Shown here one piece after another: positions 19,789 through 30,037 of a DNA stretch of 64,000 nt (its first letter is position 1; the number at the start of each line of letters is the position of its first letter). The stretch comes from a virus. Its lineage: Duplodnaviria; Heunggongvirae; Uroviricota; Caudoviricetes. Both the position numbers and the translations under genes were made by a program. The notes under the pieces are model-generated. The model had not been told where the DNA came from. It was given only the letters and a program-made list of their open reading frames with translations, and did not search any database. Where the stretch lies: positions 26,109-90,108 of the IMG/VR virus record IMGVR_UViG_3300033463_000062. The stretch is one strand, 5' to 3'.

Positions 19789-22700
19789 TTCTCATACTCT
19801 CCTTCGATTGGTAAGTATTTTCCATTGTTTTGTCTTTCAGACTTTTGTTTTCGCTCAAAATCTGAGATGTGAATTATGTCTCCGACCGCAACAGGGTAGT
19901 CTTCGAACGCCGTGTGAACTCTGCTATATGTACCTTTTCGCGCCCTGTGAATTCTGAAATCCTCTTGTTTGCCGGACTTCAAACTGTAGAGCTTCACGGT
20001 TGGCGAATACATTGTTTTGTCGGCATTACTGTCAACTATCAGAGCGTCGCGTGGGTCTGCGTCTTTGTCGGAGTACAGGACGAACCCGAGGATATCAAGC
20101 TGCGTATGTATTACGTCCACGGGGTCTAAATCCTGAACTTTCAGCATCGAGCAGAGGAACCCAAACAACCCTTCGCCGTCGATGTTCCTGAACTGCTTGG
20201 CGGTCTCCTTTGAAAATCGTATCATTATCTCCGGCGGATAAGGGCATTTCTCTTTGTCGAACTGTGAGCGTTTACGGATGTCCATAAGCTCCATTATCTT
20301 CAGGAGCGTCCAGGACTTTCCGTACTCGCTGAACATTCCGAGCGTAATCATTGTCTTTACCTGCGGCTCGCTGATTCCATTTTCAAAACATAATTCAATG
20401 CACTCAATGAGTGTGCTTGGCTGCTTATCTGCAACTATTTTTAGTGCAGTTGCCACGCCGGTGCCGAAACCTTTGAACGCTGATAAGCCGATGTGAATTT
20501 GTCCGTCTTTGTAGTACGTTCTATCCTTTGCGGTTCTCCAGTCGTCCAGTACGACGCTCACGCCCATTCGTCTCGCCTCTTTAACTGTCTTTGCGATATC
20601 CTCAACCTTTTCATAGGAGTTTATCATTCCCGTGAAGAATTCGCCAGTATGATGAACTTTGAGATACATCGCTATATATGCGGTCAGAGCGTATGCGGTG
20701 GAGTGGGAGTTACAGACAAGCAGTCCCGTGCCGGTGACGAAGTTGTGAGCAGGAGCGCTCATCTCAACGTCGTATGTCATTTCCATTGTCTCGTACTTTA
20801 TCGAGGCAACTCTCGAGAGTTTATACCTACCGTCTTCAGTGCGGTAAGTATATAGGATGTCTCCTACAGACAACTCGTCGGCGCGTTTGATTCCGTTGAT
20901 AGTCGGTATCTTGTGGTTTGGCGTACAATCGACGTAGCATCCGTTGTTTGTCGTTATACGGTAGAGATAGCGGACACCAGATTCCGTGATATTTACAACC
21001 TTATTCGGTTTCACTTTGCCTGCACGGAATTTTGACAAAGCGAATTCAGGAATTTTACTGTTGTCTGCGCACATCTCTTCGACCGTTGCCGACAGACTTC
21101 CGTCGGGTAACATCAATCGTGTGTCGCCTCTTACGCATTTATTGAACGAATATTTCGCGAAATCAATTATGTTGTCCCACAATGTATCGACCTGTTCCTG
21201 CGTCCAACCGCGAGCCATTAAACCGTTCTTCAGTTCTGGTTCGATTTTCGCCATAAGGTCTTTCTTCTTCTTGGCGGTGGCTTTTCTCAATTCGTCAGGA
21301 TTGCGCAGCTTTGCAAGCCTACCGATTTCTATGAGCTGCTCTTGGAACACTATGACGCCGTATGTATTTGAAAGTATCGGCTTGAGATCGTCGTGTAAAT
21401 ACGTGATTTTCTCTTTGCCATTCTTTCTGTTTACGAAGTCTGGGATGTAACTGTTGGAGCCGGGGCGGTACAATGCGTTCGCTGCTGAGAGCGTTTCTAT
21501 CGAATCGCAGTGCATGTCGCGCAATGTACGCTTCATTCCGCTTGACTCAAACTGGAAGATACAGTCGGTATTGCCTTGTTCAAATTCGTTCCACACGTCT
21601 TTGTCGTGCAGGTCAAGTTTGGTAGGCGTTATGTAACTGTAGTCTTTTCCTATCATTTCCAGAGTATCATAAATAGCATCGAGTGTTCTTAAACCGAGCA
21701 GGTCGATTTTAACGAGCCCGAGATCTTCTGCCGAGTGCATATCGCCTTGCAAAACCCAAGTGTCTTTGTCTTCGTTATATTCAATCGCATTGTAATACTC
21801 TGCCGGTTGAATACAGACGCAGACTCCGCACGGGTGTACTCCGAACGATTTAGGCAGTCCTGATAGAGCAGATGCGTATCTGAACAGTTCGGGATATTTG
21901 TCTTTATACTTGTCGAATATACCGAGTTCAAGCGCTTCTTCTATCGTGGCGTTGCTGTTGACTTGGTCGAGTGTCTTCGTCATTTCGTTCGTCACATCGA
22001 ATGGAATGTTCAGAACTCTGCCTATGTCTTTAATCGCACCTTTCGCCCAGATGTACGAGAACTGCCCGAGGTTTACAACTCGTTCGTTACCGTATCTGCC
22101 TACAATAAATTGCAGGACTTTATCTCTTTCGCTTGGACTAAAGTCCAAATCAAAATCCGGGACTTTGAGTTCTTTTTTCGTTATCGAGCCCTCGTGCAAC
22201 AAGTCGAGAGCTCCAACGTCAATAAATCGCTCGAAGTATAGTTTGTACTTGACAGGGTCGACGTCCACTATGTTGCATAAATATGCAAGCAAGCTCCCTG
22301 CGCCGCTACCTCTCGCAAGCCCTCGACGTTTCACAGAATTTCCGTAGCTATATACCAAGAGATAATAGCCAATGAAGCCCATTTCGTCAATAGCGTTCAT
22401 TTCATATTTAGCTCTTTGGATATAGATATTGCGGTAATCTTTTGCAGTCTTGCAATCCGGCGGGATAACGTCCGAGCCTTCGGGAAGATCGCTGAAGTAG
22501 TTCTGCCATTGCTCAATCGTCCAATTTTTAAAACCTTTCTTCTCGAAGCCCTTGTTGCAGAGGTCTTGCAGATACGCTTTCTCGGATTTATACCCGTCAG
22601 GAATATCTACGTGAGGCATTATCGGAGCAGACAGAGGTATCGTGTTTGTGCATTTGTCAGCGATTTTGTGGGTATTTTGTATTGCAATGTCGTTATATTT

Positions 22701-23438
22701 TCGTGTCATCCAACACAACTCTTTGACTTCGTCTTCGGACTGTATATAACAGTCGTCGTAAGTCTCGCCCGCTTCCCGCTGAGTTCCTATCTGCACGAAC
22801 ATATCGTGATACTTCTGGTCTTCTTTATTCAGGTAGTGTGCGTCTGCCGTAACCACGTATTCGATGCCGAGTTCTGTTGCAAGCTCTATTACGGCTTTGT
22901 TCAGCCTCTGTTGTTCGTCGTTCCGGTGCGATTGATATTCCAAATAATAATCATCTTGGAAGAGATTTTTGTATTTAGTTGCAATTATCTTCGCTCCAGA
23001 GACGTCTCCAACTGCAAGCGCTCTTTGTACTTCTCCCGCCATACAAGCCGACAAGCAAATCAGCCCTTCGTGATGTTCTGTCAACATATTGAAGTCTATT
23101 CTCGGCTTGCCATAGTATTTGTGCTTGCTCGACTCGCTTACAAGCCAGTTAAGGTTTTGTCTGCCGGTCTCGTTCTTTGCGAGGAGGATAAGGTGATAAT
23201 ATTTGTTGTCTTTGTCGTTTACGTTTGCATCGGTGCAGATATAAACTTCACTTCCGTTTATCACCTTAATCCCCTCTTTGCCGAGGACTGACAGAGCTTC
23301 AACGGCGGCATATAGGTTGCCGTGGTCTGTTATGGCTATTGTGTCCTGCCCGAGCTCCTTCAGTTTTTCAGCGAGAGCCGGAAACTTTATCATTGCGTCG
23401 AGCAGGCTATATATCGAGTGAACGTGCAGATGTATCAT
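19752..23438 (-). CDS. dnaE: DNA polymerase III alpha subunit (DnaE-type replicative polymerase) containing a mini-intein
   Basis: 1228 aa; N-terminal PHP domain (HLHVHSIYSLLD); conserved DnaE motif YSFNK...SHSTAYA split by a 143-aa insert. Confidence 0.85.
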   Translation of the reverse strand: MIHLHVHSIYSLLDAMIKFPALAEKLKELGQDTIAITDHGNLYAAVEALSVLGKEGIKVINGSEVYICTDANVNDKDNKYYHLILLAKNETGRQNLNWLVSESSKHKYYGKPRIDFNMLTEHHEGLICLSACMAGEVQRALAVGDVSGAKIIATKYKNLFQDDYYLEYQSHRNDEQQRLNKAVIELATELGIEYVVTADAHYLNKEDQKYHDMFVQIGTQREAGETYDDCYIQSEDEVKELCWMTRKYNDIAIQNTHKIADKCTNTIPLSAPIMPHVDIPDGYKSEKAYLQDLCNKGFEKKGFKNWTIEQWQNYFSDLPEGSDVIPPDCKTAKDYRNIYIQRAKYEMNAIDEMGFIGYYLLVYSYGNSVKRRGLARGSGAGSLLAYLCNIVDVDPVKYKLYFERFIDVGALDLLHEGSITKKELKVPDFDLDFSPSERDKVLQFIVGRYGNERVVNLGQFSYIWAKGAIKDIGRVLNIPFDVTNEMTKTLDQVNSNATIEEALELGIFDKYKDKYPELFRYASALSGLPKSFGVHPCGVCVCIQPAEYYNAIEYNEDKDTWVLQGDMHSAEDLGLVKIDLLGLRTLDAIYDTLEMIGKDYSYITPTKLDLHDKDVWNEFEQGNTDCIFQFESSGMKRTLRDMHCDSIETLSAANALYRPGSNSYIPDFVNRKNGKEKITYLHDDLKPILSNTYGVIVFQEQLIEIGRLAKLRNPDELRKATAKKKKDLMAKIEPELKNGLMARGWTQEQVDTLWDNIIDFAKYSFNKCVRGDTRLMLPDGSLSATVEEMCADNSKIPEFALSKFRAGKVKPNKVVNITESGVRYLYRITTNNGCYVDCTPNHKIPTINGIKRADELSVGDILYTYRTEDGRYKLSRVASIKYETMEMTYDVEMSAPAHNFVTGTGLLVCNSHSTAYALTAYIAMYLKVHHTGEFFTGMINSYEKVEDIAKTVKEARRMGVSVVLDDWRTAKDRTYYKDGQIHIGLSAFKGFGTGVATALKIVADKQPSTLIECIELCFENGISEPQVKTMITLGMFSEYGKSWTLLKIMELMDIRKRSQFDKEKCPYPPEIMIRFSKETAKQFRNIDGEGLFGFLCSMLKVQDLDPVDVIHTQLDILGFVLYSDKDADPRDALIVDSNADKTMYSPTVKLYSLKSGKQEDFRIHRARKGTYSRVHTAFEDYPVAVGDIIHISDFERKQKSERQNNGKYLPIEGEYEKWITEYYRTTRL
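20709..21137 (-). other. mini-intein inserted in DnaE (residues 768-910)
   Basis: insert begins CVRGDTRLML (block A), has TPNH (block B), ends ...APAHNFVTGTGLLVCN with +1 Ser (blocks F/G); flanks restore the canonical FNK|SHS DnaE motif; no homing endonuclease domain. Confidence 0.75.
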
Positions 23439-24219
23439 CGCTCTCGTCCTCGTCTTTCATAAGTTTGTATTCGCAAGAATCTCTGTAATCACAAAGATTT
23501 TTGCAGTAGAAGAAATCTTCTTTCGAGTCAAACGCTTTGTCTTTTTTGATTTGAGAAATGAGATTCTTTGCCCATTCTTGGCTTTTTGAAATTTTTTCTT
23601 CGTCGAACGGTATTGAATACCATTTTCCTTCGCGGAAATAGTTCCACGTAAGCTGAACAGGATAGACTCCGAATTTCTGCTTTACCGCTTCTGCATAGAA
23701 GTAAAGTTGAGTTTCATAATGCTCTACTTGATTCAAGCAGGCTTTTAGCGGTTGCCCGTTCTTGCCGAACGGATATCGCGAAGATTTGTGGTCAATGATT
23801 ACGTATGCGCCGGACTCTTTGTTCTTCAACAGAAGGTCGATTACTCCGACGAACTCATACTCGTCAATCTTGAAATAAAGTTCTTCTTCAACCCCGACGA
23901 TTTCAAATTCATCATCGAGCCAGTCGAAGTTGACCTCGGACAGATAAATCAATCCTCTGTCAAAGAACTTTTCTATCGTGTCTTTCGGAGCGTCTTTCAA
24001 CACAACATCGTCAAAGCTGTAGGTGTAATATTCAATTGCCTCGTCGTAGGTCATTTCTTTTTTCAAGATTTTTTCTAAGAGCTCGTGTATGAGGGAGCCG
24101 AAGGTGGAGTAGAAGTTGTCCGCTCCACCTCTTTTCTCTCTATACTTGAGATAGAACTGATATGGGCATTGTTCGTAAGCAGATAGCTTCGTAAATGACC
24201 ACGTCTCTTTTTTAGGCAT
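23407..24219 (-). CDS. PD-(D/E)XK nuclease, Cas4/RecB-like exonuclease with C-terminal Cys cluster
   Basis: 270 aa; N-terminal CPYQFYLKY motif, central D...IDHK-like core, C-terminal C-x-NLC-x5-C pattern typical of Fe-S Cas4-like phage exonucleases. Confidence 0.65.
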   Translation of the reverse strand: MPKKETWSFTKLSAYEQCPYQFYLKYREKRGGADNFYSTFGSLIHELLEKILKKEMTYDEAIEYYTYSFDDVVLKDAPKDTIEKFFDRGLIYLSEVNFDWLDDEFEIVGVEEELYFKIDEYEFVGVIDLLLKNKESGAYVIIDHKSSRYPFGKNGQPLKACLNQVEHYETQLYFYAEAVKQKFGVYPVQLTWNYFREGKWYSIPFDEEKISKSQEWAKNLISQIKKDKAFDSKEDFFYCKNLCDYRDSCEYKLMKDEDESDDTSARSLDI

Positions 24220-24526
24220 CCGCGGTCTCCGTGAGAACGTCGTACAACGCTTCGGGCGAATCTATGCAGAACGTCTTATCCTTCACAACGAAGGTTCTGT
24301 CGTCCTCTCTTTCGCCATAGTTCGCATCGTATATGAACGATACAATCAGGTCGGTGTCGTCGCCCATAACGTCTATCAGAATATCCAGCGCAAGCCCGAG
24401 ACCGTTGTTGTATGTCGTTATAGGCTCTCCGTAGTAGTCTGATAAAGCGTCGTTGAGCCGCATCTCTTTGTTGTCTAACTCTTTATACTTCTTGATGAAT
24501 TTGCAAAATTGTTCTTTTGTTAACAT
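24212..24526 (-). CDS. hypothetical protein
   Basis: 104-aa ORF, start/stop overlaps with neighbours. Confidence 0.45.
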   Translation of the reverse strand: MLTKEQFCKFIKKYKELDNKEMRLNDALSDYYGEPITTYNNGLGLALDILIDVMGDDTDLIVSFIYDANYGEREDDRTFVVKDKTFCIDSPEALYDVLTETADA

Positions 24527-24527
24527 C

Positions 24528-25556
24528 TTAAACCTTTTTCTTGTCGGCGTACAGCTTGAGCCATACGTCTTTTCCGCAATCTACCGGCGCATTTTTCGCT
24601 TCCGCGCCGCCGAGCAGATTGTCTTTGTCTTCTACAATATAGACATTAACGAAATGTTGTAGCATTTTTATGTTCTCTTGTATCTTTTTATCGCTGTATG
24701 GAACGTCAGAATCGTAGCAAAATACGACATCAAATCCAAGTTTTATCAGCAGGCGAATTTGCTCGTCTGTGAGCGAATGTTTCTCGGCGGATACACAATT
24801 CTTCGTTCCGTACCCAAACGCCTTCATTACGGACTTGATTCCCTCGAAAATTATCACTTCTTTTTTCTCTTTGATGTATGGAAGCGTGGTTTCAAGGCAT
24901 TGTAAATAGTCCATAGTGCCGAGCGAGTAGTAGAATACGTACTTTGGAATGCCGAGTTTTTTGTACTCAGGGTTCCTCGTTCTGCCTTTGATGTTAATGA
25001 GATTTCCGTTTGTGTCCCGCACCGGATACACTATTCTGTTCGTCTCTTCGTCTATGCGAATGTCAAACAGTTTCATAGCCTCCACGGAAATCCCTTCATC
25101 AATCCACTCTTGCGGAAACTCTTTGCTGAACTTTGAATATTCAGAATACTCAAGAATTTTTCTTTCGCTCGCATCTGCCTTTGTCCGTCCGCTCCTCAAC
25201 TGTTTGTTGAAGATAACGGTCGGAGATTGGCAGGCTTTTTGAACGTCGAGCTTTGCAAGTATGGCAGCTTTTTTTACGGCTTCGTCGTAGTCGAGATTTT
25301 CAACCTTTTGGAGCCATTGAATTATTGTTCCGCCTATCCCACACGACAGGCAGTGAAATTGTCCTGTCCGTGGGTCTATCGCCAAAGAAGGAGTTTTGTC
25401 TATGTGCAGCGGGCAGTGAGTGTAAAACTCTTGCCCACGCTTTTTGAAAGGATATTCGGTTTCTGCGTAATCAAGCAAATCAACCGTTCCCACGACTTGC
25501 TTTATAAAGTCGGGATCGTACTTTGTTTTTAACATAACCGAAACTCCTTTCTTCAA
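24528..25556 (-). CDS. DNA primase (DnaG-like, zinc-binding + TOPRIM)
   Basis: CHC2 zinc finger CPLH...HCLSCGIGG at N-terminus, TOPRIM-like EG...D..D region. Confidence 0.7.
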   Translation of the reverse strand: MKKGVSVMLKTKYDPDFIKQVVGTVDLLDYAETEYPFKKRGQEFYTHCPLHIDKTPSLAIDPRTGQFHCLSCGIGGTIIQWLQKVENLDYDEAVKKAAILAKLDVQKACQSPTVIFNKQLRSGRTKADASERKILEYSEYSKFSKEFPQEWIDEGISVEAMKLFDIRIDEETNRIVYPVRDTNGNLINIKGRTRNPEYKKLGIPKYVFYYSLGTMDYLQCLETTLPYIKEKKEVIIFEGIKSVMKAFGYGTKNCVSAEKHSLTDEQIRLLIKLGFDVVFCYDSDVPYSDKKIQENIKMLQHFVNVYIVEDKDNLLGGAEAKNAPVDCGKDVWLKLYADKKKV

Positions 25557-25561
25557 GCTTG

Positions 25562-26908
25562 TTAATCGAACGGCTCGTCGGGTTTATGTTGAGTGGCTTG
25601 CACGATTCCTATTCGGTCTCTGAGCCACATCATGTCGATATACTCGTCGTCTCCATTGTGCTGGATACCGAGCCTGTTCAATTTTACTGTGATTTTGTGC
25701 GTACCGCACTCTCTACCGTCTCGCTCAATTTCTTCGGGCGTCTTTTCTTCCCATTTGCACATTGTCGAGCAGTAGCGTTCTATCGCATCGGACTCCGCAA
25801 CTTCGCCGCTTCTATTCAATTGACAGAAGGCGAGCACCGACAGATTTAGTTCTCCTGCTATTGTGTTTTTAAGGAAGTTTGTCATACCGCCCATATATGC
25901 GCTTCGTGCTGCTGCATCGAGCAGGCTGTCATCAGATTTGATGTAGTCGAATACTACAAACTGAAGACCGGCGCTGATTTTCAGCTGAGCACACATAGAG
26001 TAAAACTTCTCTTTGTTGAACACCGGCATATAGACGTGGAATATATTGTACGATTTCAGCTTGTCGTTACACTCTTTTATGAGTTGTTCTTCCTCGTCGG
26101 ACAGAATGTCGTTCTTTATTCTCTTTACTCGGATGCCAGACAGATACGATAGTGCACGGATATACCATTGTTCGTCGGACATCTCGGTATCTAAGACCAG
26201 AACGCACACTCCGTTTTCCGCTTTGTGCAACGCTTCGAACATCGCCAACCAACTCTTACCTTTTTTCATTCGCGCCGAGAACATTATAAGTTCGGACGGC
26301 TCATAACTGTAAAATTCGTTAAGAGCGGGGTAGCAGGAGGGTAAACCGTAGCTTTCTCCTCGTTCTTTCTTTTGCTTTATCCGTTGATATATTTCGTCAA
26401 TTTCGTCACCGATGACTCTTGTTTCGCGGTCGAGCACGAATGATGCCGTTAGATTGTTGAGGTCGCGGTAGACTCCGCTTGATATTTCTGACAGTTCGAT
26501 GTCGGAATTCTCGCAGATCCGCTGCCACGAGTCGCACTTCTTGAAAAGGCTTCTCTTAAAGGCATACTCAACAACCTTTTTCGACAGGATTATGTACTCG
26601 TTTACGTTGTCCGTTTTCGCTTCTTGACAGAGGTCTATATATTCCTGCATTTTCGGAATATTGAACTCCTCAATCTTTCTACGGACTGCCGCGTTTGTAT
26701 TGATTGTTTGTTCCAGATTTAGGGCGGTTATCGTCGTTATGCCCTGTTGGACAAGCACTCCGATAGCCCAGTAGATACAAGAGTTGTCTGTATTGTAGAA
26801 GTGTCTTTCTTTCAAATACGGACTGTGAAATATGAATGTCGGATTGTAAATCAGAGTTGATATTACTCGTCCTTCAATCTTATTGTCACACATTTGCGAT
26901 AAGTCCAT
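25562..26908 (-). CDS. replicative DNA helicase (DnaB-like)
   Basis: 448 aa; N-terminal DnaB-like domain, Walker A-like ARMKKGKS, C-terminal RecA-fold; adjacent to primase. Confidence 0.7.
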   Translation of the reverse strand: MDLSQMCDNKIEGRVISTLIYNPTFIFHSPYLKERHFYNTDNSCIYWAIGVLVQQGITTITALNLEQTINTNAAVRRKIEEFNIPKMQEYIDLCQEAKTDNVNEYIILSKKVVEYAFKRSLFKKCDSWQRICENSDIELSEISSGVYRDLNNLTASFVLDRETRVIGDEIDEIYQRIKQKKERGESYGLPSCYPALNEFYSYEPSELIMFSARMKKGKSWLAMFEALHKAENGVCVLVLDTEMSDEQWYIRALSYLSGIRVKRIKNDILSDEEEQLIKECNDKLKSYNIFHVYMPVFNKEKFYSMCAQLKISAGLQFVVFDYIKSDDSLLDAAARSAYMGGMTNFLKNTIAGELNLSVLAFCQLNRSGEVAESDAIERYCSTMCKWEEKTPEEIERDGRECGTHKITVKLNRLGIQHNGDDEYIDMMWLRDRIGIVQATQHKPDEPFD

Positions 26909-27375
26909 TACTGCCCTCCGAATATTGCGTCAAAGCCTTCGGGTTTGCCGGTGCTTCGTTTGAATTTCGGAGCCTGTAACGCACTCTCATCGGCAACACT
27001 GTTTTCTCTGGCTTCTCGTCCAAGTTTCGCGGCGTTTCTTCTTTGCCACTCGTTTTTGATTGCGTAATCGTCAATGATGTACTGCAATGAGTAAGGCGCT
27101 TTGATTACCGTTCCTTTTTGGATCGCCATTTTGAGCGCAAACAGAAGATACTTGGCATCTATCTGTTTGACAAAAACAATGTTGTTTATTGTTGCGAGCA
27201 ATGTCTTCATTACTACGGTCTTGCTGACCTCGTTATAGTAAAGGTCGACGATTGCTTGAATTGTTTCGGCGGTTTCTAAGCACCGTTTGTGATAATGACG
27301 TTTGTTTTTTACTACGTCGTCATAATCAGGAATATCTCTTGTTTGGTATAAACAGTGTTTGTACGTGCATTGCAC
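26908..27375 (-). CDS. hypothetical replication-module protein
   Basis: 155-aa ORF between helicase and SSB. Confidence 0.4.
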   Translation of the reverse strand: MQCTYKHCLYQTRDIPDYDDVVKNKRHYHKRCLETAETIQAIVDLYYNEVSKTVVMKTLLATINNIVFVKQIDAKYLLFALKMAIQKGTVIKAPYSLQYIIDDYAIKNEWQRRNAAKLGREARENSVADESALQAPKFKRSTGKPEGFDAIFGGQ

Positions 27376-27389
27376 CGCTTATCACCGCC

Positions 27390-27740
27390 TTAATCAAAAG
27401 GGAGTTCTTCGTCCTCCGACGTCGCGGCAGGCTTTTCTTCTTTTTTCTTTTCTTCTTCCTGCCCCCTTATGGTAAGGGTGTGGATGATGTAGTTCGTATA
27501 CTCTTTGCCTTTCTCTTTGTCGTAATGATTTCTCACTTCAAAGTCGCCGATAGTAACGATATCACCCGATTTTACGCCAGCTTCGTGCGCCGCTCCGGAA
27601 AGGAGAACGCTTTTGCAAGCCCATTCTGTTTTGAACTTACCGTCTTTGTCTTTTGATGAAACAGACATTTCTGCAAGCGTGTATTTTTCTTTGGGGTCAA
27701 CTGACCACACTTTGGCTTTCCAGCCTGTTCTGAGTCCCAT
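27390..27740 (-). CDS. ssb: single-stranded DNA-binding protein (SSB)
   Basis: 116 aa OB-fold-like, acidic C-terminal tail ending DEELPFD (canonical SSB D-D-D-I-P-F type tip). Confidence 0.7.
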   Translation of the reverse strand: MGLRTGWKAKVWSVDPKEKYTLAEMSVSSKDKDGKFKTEWACKSVLLSGAAHEAGVKSGDIVTIGDFEVRNHYDKEKGKEYTNYIIHTLTIRGQEEEKKKEEKPAATSEDEELPFD

Positions 27741-28390
27741 TATTTTCTCACTCCCATTAACTGTTTCTTGAGAAGCTTCAGCTTCTCTGTGTCGCTTATA
27801 AGCCTCGGGTCGCCGTTTGCGTCGGGGTCAGCCGTCTTGCAAAGTTCTTCAACTTTCTTTTTCGCGGCATCCGACAACGCGCTCTTTGTCTTTATAAGGC
27901 TCATACATTCTTCCACGAGTTTGGCGGCTTCTGCCAGCACTTCAGGCTGGTCGTCTATGCCCTCATAGATATACAGGGCTACGCCAAACATCGCAGCATT
28001 TTTCGCAAGGCATCTCATCAGCGCCGTGTTAATATCGAACACCGTCGCACCTTCGATTATCGGCTTGTTCTTGTAGTCGATAACGGGATAGTGCATTGTC
28101 TGTTTGAAACCTTTTACGGTTATGCTCGTCCATACCAGATATCCCATGCCCGGGAAAAACTGGAACGGAGCGTCATCCTCGAATCGCTCGATTTCAAATG
28201 TTGCAAGCGGGTCTTTCTTTTTGATTTCAGCCCACGCTACAGCCCACGGAATGTAATCAAGATTGTTCTTTTTCTTAATTTTCGGTCTCAGGTCTGTGTC
28301 GTACATCTCTTTGAAATCTGTACTTGAAAATTCGGGAACTGATAAGACTTGCCCCTGCGGAACAACTCCGAATTCAATGTTGTCTTCCAT
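27740..28390 (-). CDS. Sak/Rad52-like single-strand annealing protein (DUF1071-like)
   Basis: LDYIPWAVAWAEIKKKDP ... NAAMFGVALYIYEG signature matching phage Sak recombinases; next to SSB. Confidence 0.65.
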   Translation of the reverse strand: MEDNIEFGVVPQGQVLSVPEFSSTDFKEMYDTDLRPKIKKKNNLDYIPWAVAWAEIKKKDPLATFEIERFEDDAPFQFFPGMGYLVWTSITVKGFKQTMHYPVIDYKNKPIIEGATVFDINTALMRCLAKNAAMFGVALYIYEGIDDQPEVLAEAAKLVEECMSLIKTKSALSDAAKKKVEELCKTADPDANGDPRLISDTEKLKLLKKQLMGVRK

Positions 28391-28402
28391 ATTATCCTCC
28401 TT

Positions 28403-28972
28403 TCATTGGTCGTTTGTATATTGTAATCCGTTTCCGGCAATAGTAAGCTCCCCGTCTTCTGCTCTTCGTGTTGTGCCGTGCAAATAACCTCTTATTGTGT
28501 TGGTTAAACGCTCTTGCCCTGCGTCGTTCAGCGCTCTTATCACGTCATGTATCATCGCTTCGGGCAGCTGCCCCAAAGCGTCCCGCGGTCTGACCACATC
28601 AACCTCTGCTGCTGTCCACCCCAAGTCAATCGTTGTTGGTACCAGATCGGTTGGTACATCTATCTCTACCGGGTCATACTCCTGCGTTCTCGGGTTGTAA
28701 TTAAAGATACCAGTACCGTACCACTCGCCCAAACCGGATATTTCCACAATATCGTCAATGTGGATTATCACCGAATTGTTCTCGTGCAGATTCAAATGCA
28801 CAAGATTTTCTGCAAGGATTTTGCAACTATCGGCACGAACGCAACAACAAGCTTGGTAGCTGCTTGAGTTTAGAGCAGGCACAAGTCCAACAACGTGATC
28901 TTTATATTTAACTAACGCAGGTAGCCGAGATATAAGCAAATCTATCGTTCGTTGTCTTGATAACGGCGGCAT
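28403..28972 (-). CDS. hypothetical protein
   Basis: 189-aa ORF in co-directional array. Confidence 0.45.
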   Translation of the reverse strand: MPPLSRQRTIDLLISRLPALVKYKDHVVGLVPALNSSSYQACCCVRADSCKILAENLVHLNLHENNSVIIHIDDIVEISGLGEWYGTGIFNYNPRTQEYDPVEIDVPTDLVPTTIDLGWTAAEVDVVRPRDALGQLPEAMIHDVIRALNDAGQERLTNTIRGYLHGTTRRAEDGELTIAGNGLQYTNDQ

Positions 28973-28974
28973 AT

Positions 28975-29397
28975 TTAAAACTCCTTATATCCTATCATAC
29001 AGATCTCACCATCGCACAATTCCGTTAAAGATTCATACGAATCCCCGAAATATATCTTACGGCATTTTTCGTCGGGTATTATTGCGGAGAACGAATCGTC
29101 CCAGTATTTTCCTGTGTCAACTTTGAGGTACGCTATACAAGGAACTCTGCGTTTTACGAAATCGTTTCGGCAGTATGGAGAATTGTCATAATGCCAGTCG
29201 TCTTTTGGTTCACAAACAATGTAGTCATAAGGAAACGCAATATCGACTGCTGCCTTTACGAAATCGTCATAGGCTCCGCCGCAGTTGTGTTCATACGGCG
29301 TATCGTCCCAGTCGTCGCCGTACCATTCCTTGAGGTTGTCGTTTCCGAGATAAAAACGGACTACATTGCCTTTCTTCTCGCAGTCGATTATTTTCAT
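28975..29397 (-). CDS. hypothetical Trp/Asp-rich protein
   Basis: ORF 28975..29499 trimmed to Met MKIID at 29397 which abuts stop of next gene. Confidence 0.4.
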   Translation of the reverse strand: MKIIDCEKKGNVVRFYLGNDNLKEWYGDDWDDTPYEHNCGGAYDDFVKAAVDIAFPYDYIVCEPKDDWHYDNSPYCRNDFVKRRVPCIAYLKVDTGKYWDDSFSAIIPDEKCRKIYFGDSYESLTELCDGEICMIGYKEF

Positions 29398-29591
29398 TCT
29401 GAATTCCTTTCCCACGCTATATCTATTTTGCCGCACTTCTTGCACCGCGATATATATACCGTGCAATTTTCTACGACCTCGATTTCTTCGTATTCGCAAG
29501 GATCAATTTCAATATCGCCTATTGAAATGAACACATCGGAATTATTGTCTCCGAACGAACATTCTTTATTCTTCTTTTCCGGTGATTCCAT
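29394..29591 (-). CDS. small Cys-containing protein
   Basis: 65 aa with C-x2-C (CKKCGK). Confidence 0.4.
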   Translation of the reverse strand: MESPEKKNKECSFGDNNSDVFISIGDIEIDPCEYEEIEVVENCTVYISRCKKCGKIDIAWERNSE

Positions 29592-29814
29592 ATTCTCTCC
29601 TTACCTTGTTTATTCGTCCGAGAAGGCGAACCGTAGTTGCGATTATGCCGTCTCTGTATCCCGCCCAGTAGTTGTAGTCTATCGGGGAGTCTTTCTTTTC
29701 TTTCGCCATTTTGTCGGCTTCCTTATATTCTTTGCTTAGGTCTCCAAACACAAGCGATACATCTCTGATTATGTTTTGCTTGATTGTTTGCAGCTTTTTT
29801 ACTGACAAAATCAT
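29566..29814 (-). CDS. hypothetical protein
   Basis: ORF 29566..29946 trimmed to Met MILSVKK at 29814, whose ATG overlaps the TAA of the upstream Zn-ribbon gene. Confidence 0.4.
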   Translation of the reverse strand: MILSVKKLQTIKQNIIRDVSLVFGDLSKEYKEADKMAKEKKDSPIDYNYWAGYRDGIIATTVRLLGRINKVRREYGITGKEE

Positions 29815-30026
29815 TACTGCACCCCCATATAGGCTAATTTGTTGCCGTTCAACACTCGGATTTTCTTTTTGCCGCTCGTTTTTCTCTGCCTCTTGCCGAG
29901 AACCTCGAGCTCCTCTGTGTAGAAAACGTATCCGCAGGACTCGCATTTGCGACGTCTTTTGGTGTACCCTTCTTTGTCTCTGCTATCGAGGGTTTTTGTT
30001 TTACCTCCGCACAATGGACAAATCAT
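29814..30026 (-). CDS. Zn-ribbon protein
   Basis: 70 aa, CPLCGG...CESCG two CxxC pairs. Confidence 0.5.
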   Translation of the reverse strand: MICPLCGGKTKTLDSRDKEGYTKRRRKCESCGYVFYTEELEVLGKRQRKTSGKKKIRVLNGNKLAYMGVQ

Positions 30027-30037
30027 TTTGACCTCCG

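Noticed and set aside
20254-23291. Plus-strand ORFs inside dnaE (e.g. 22416..23291, 20986..21450)
   Set aside because: Antisense to the DnaE coding sequence; low-complexity translations.
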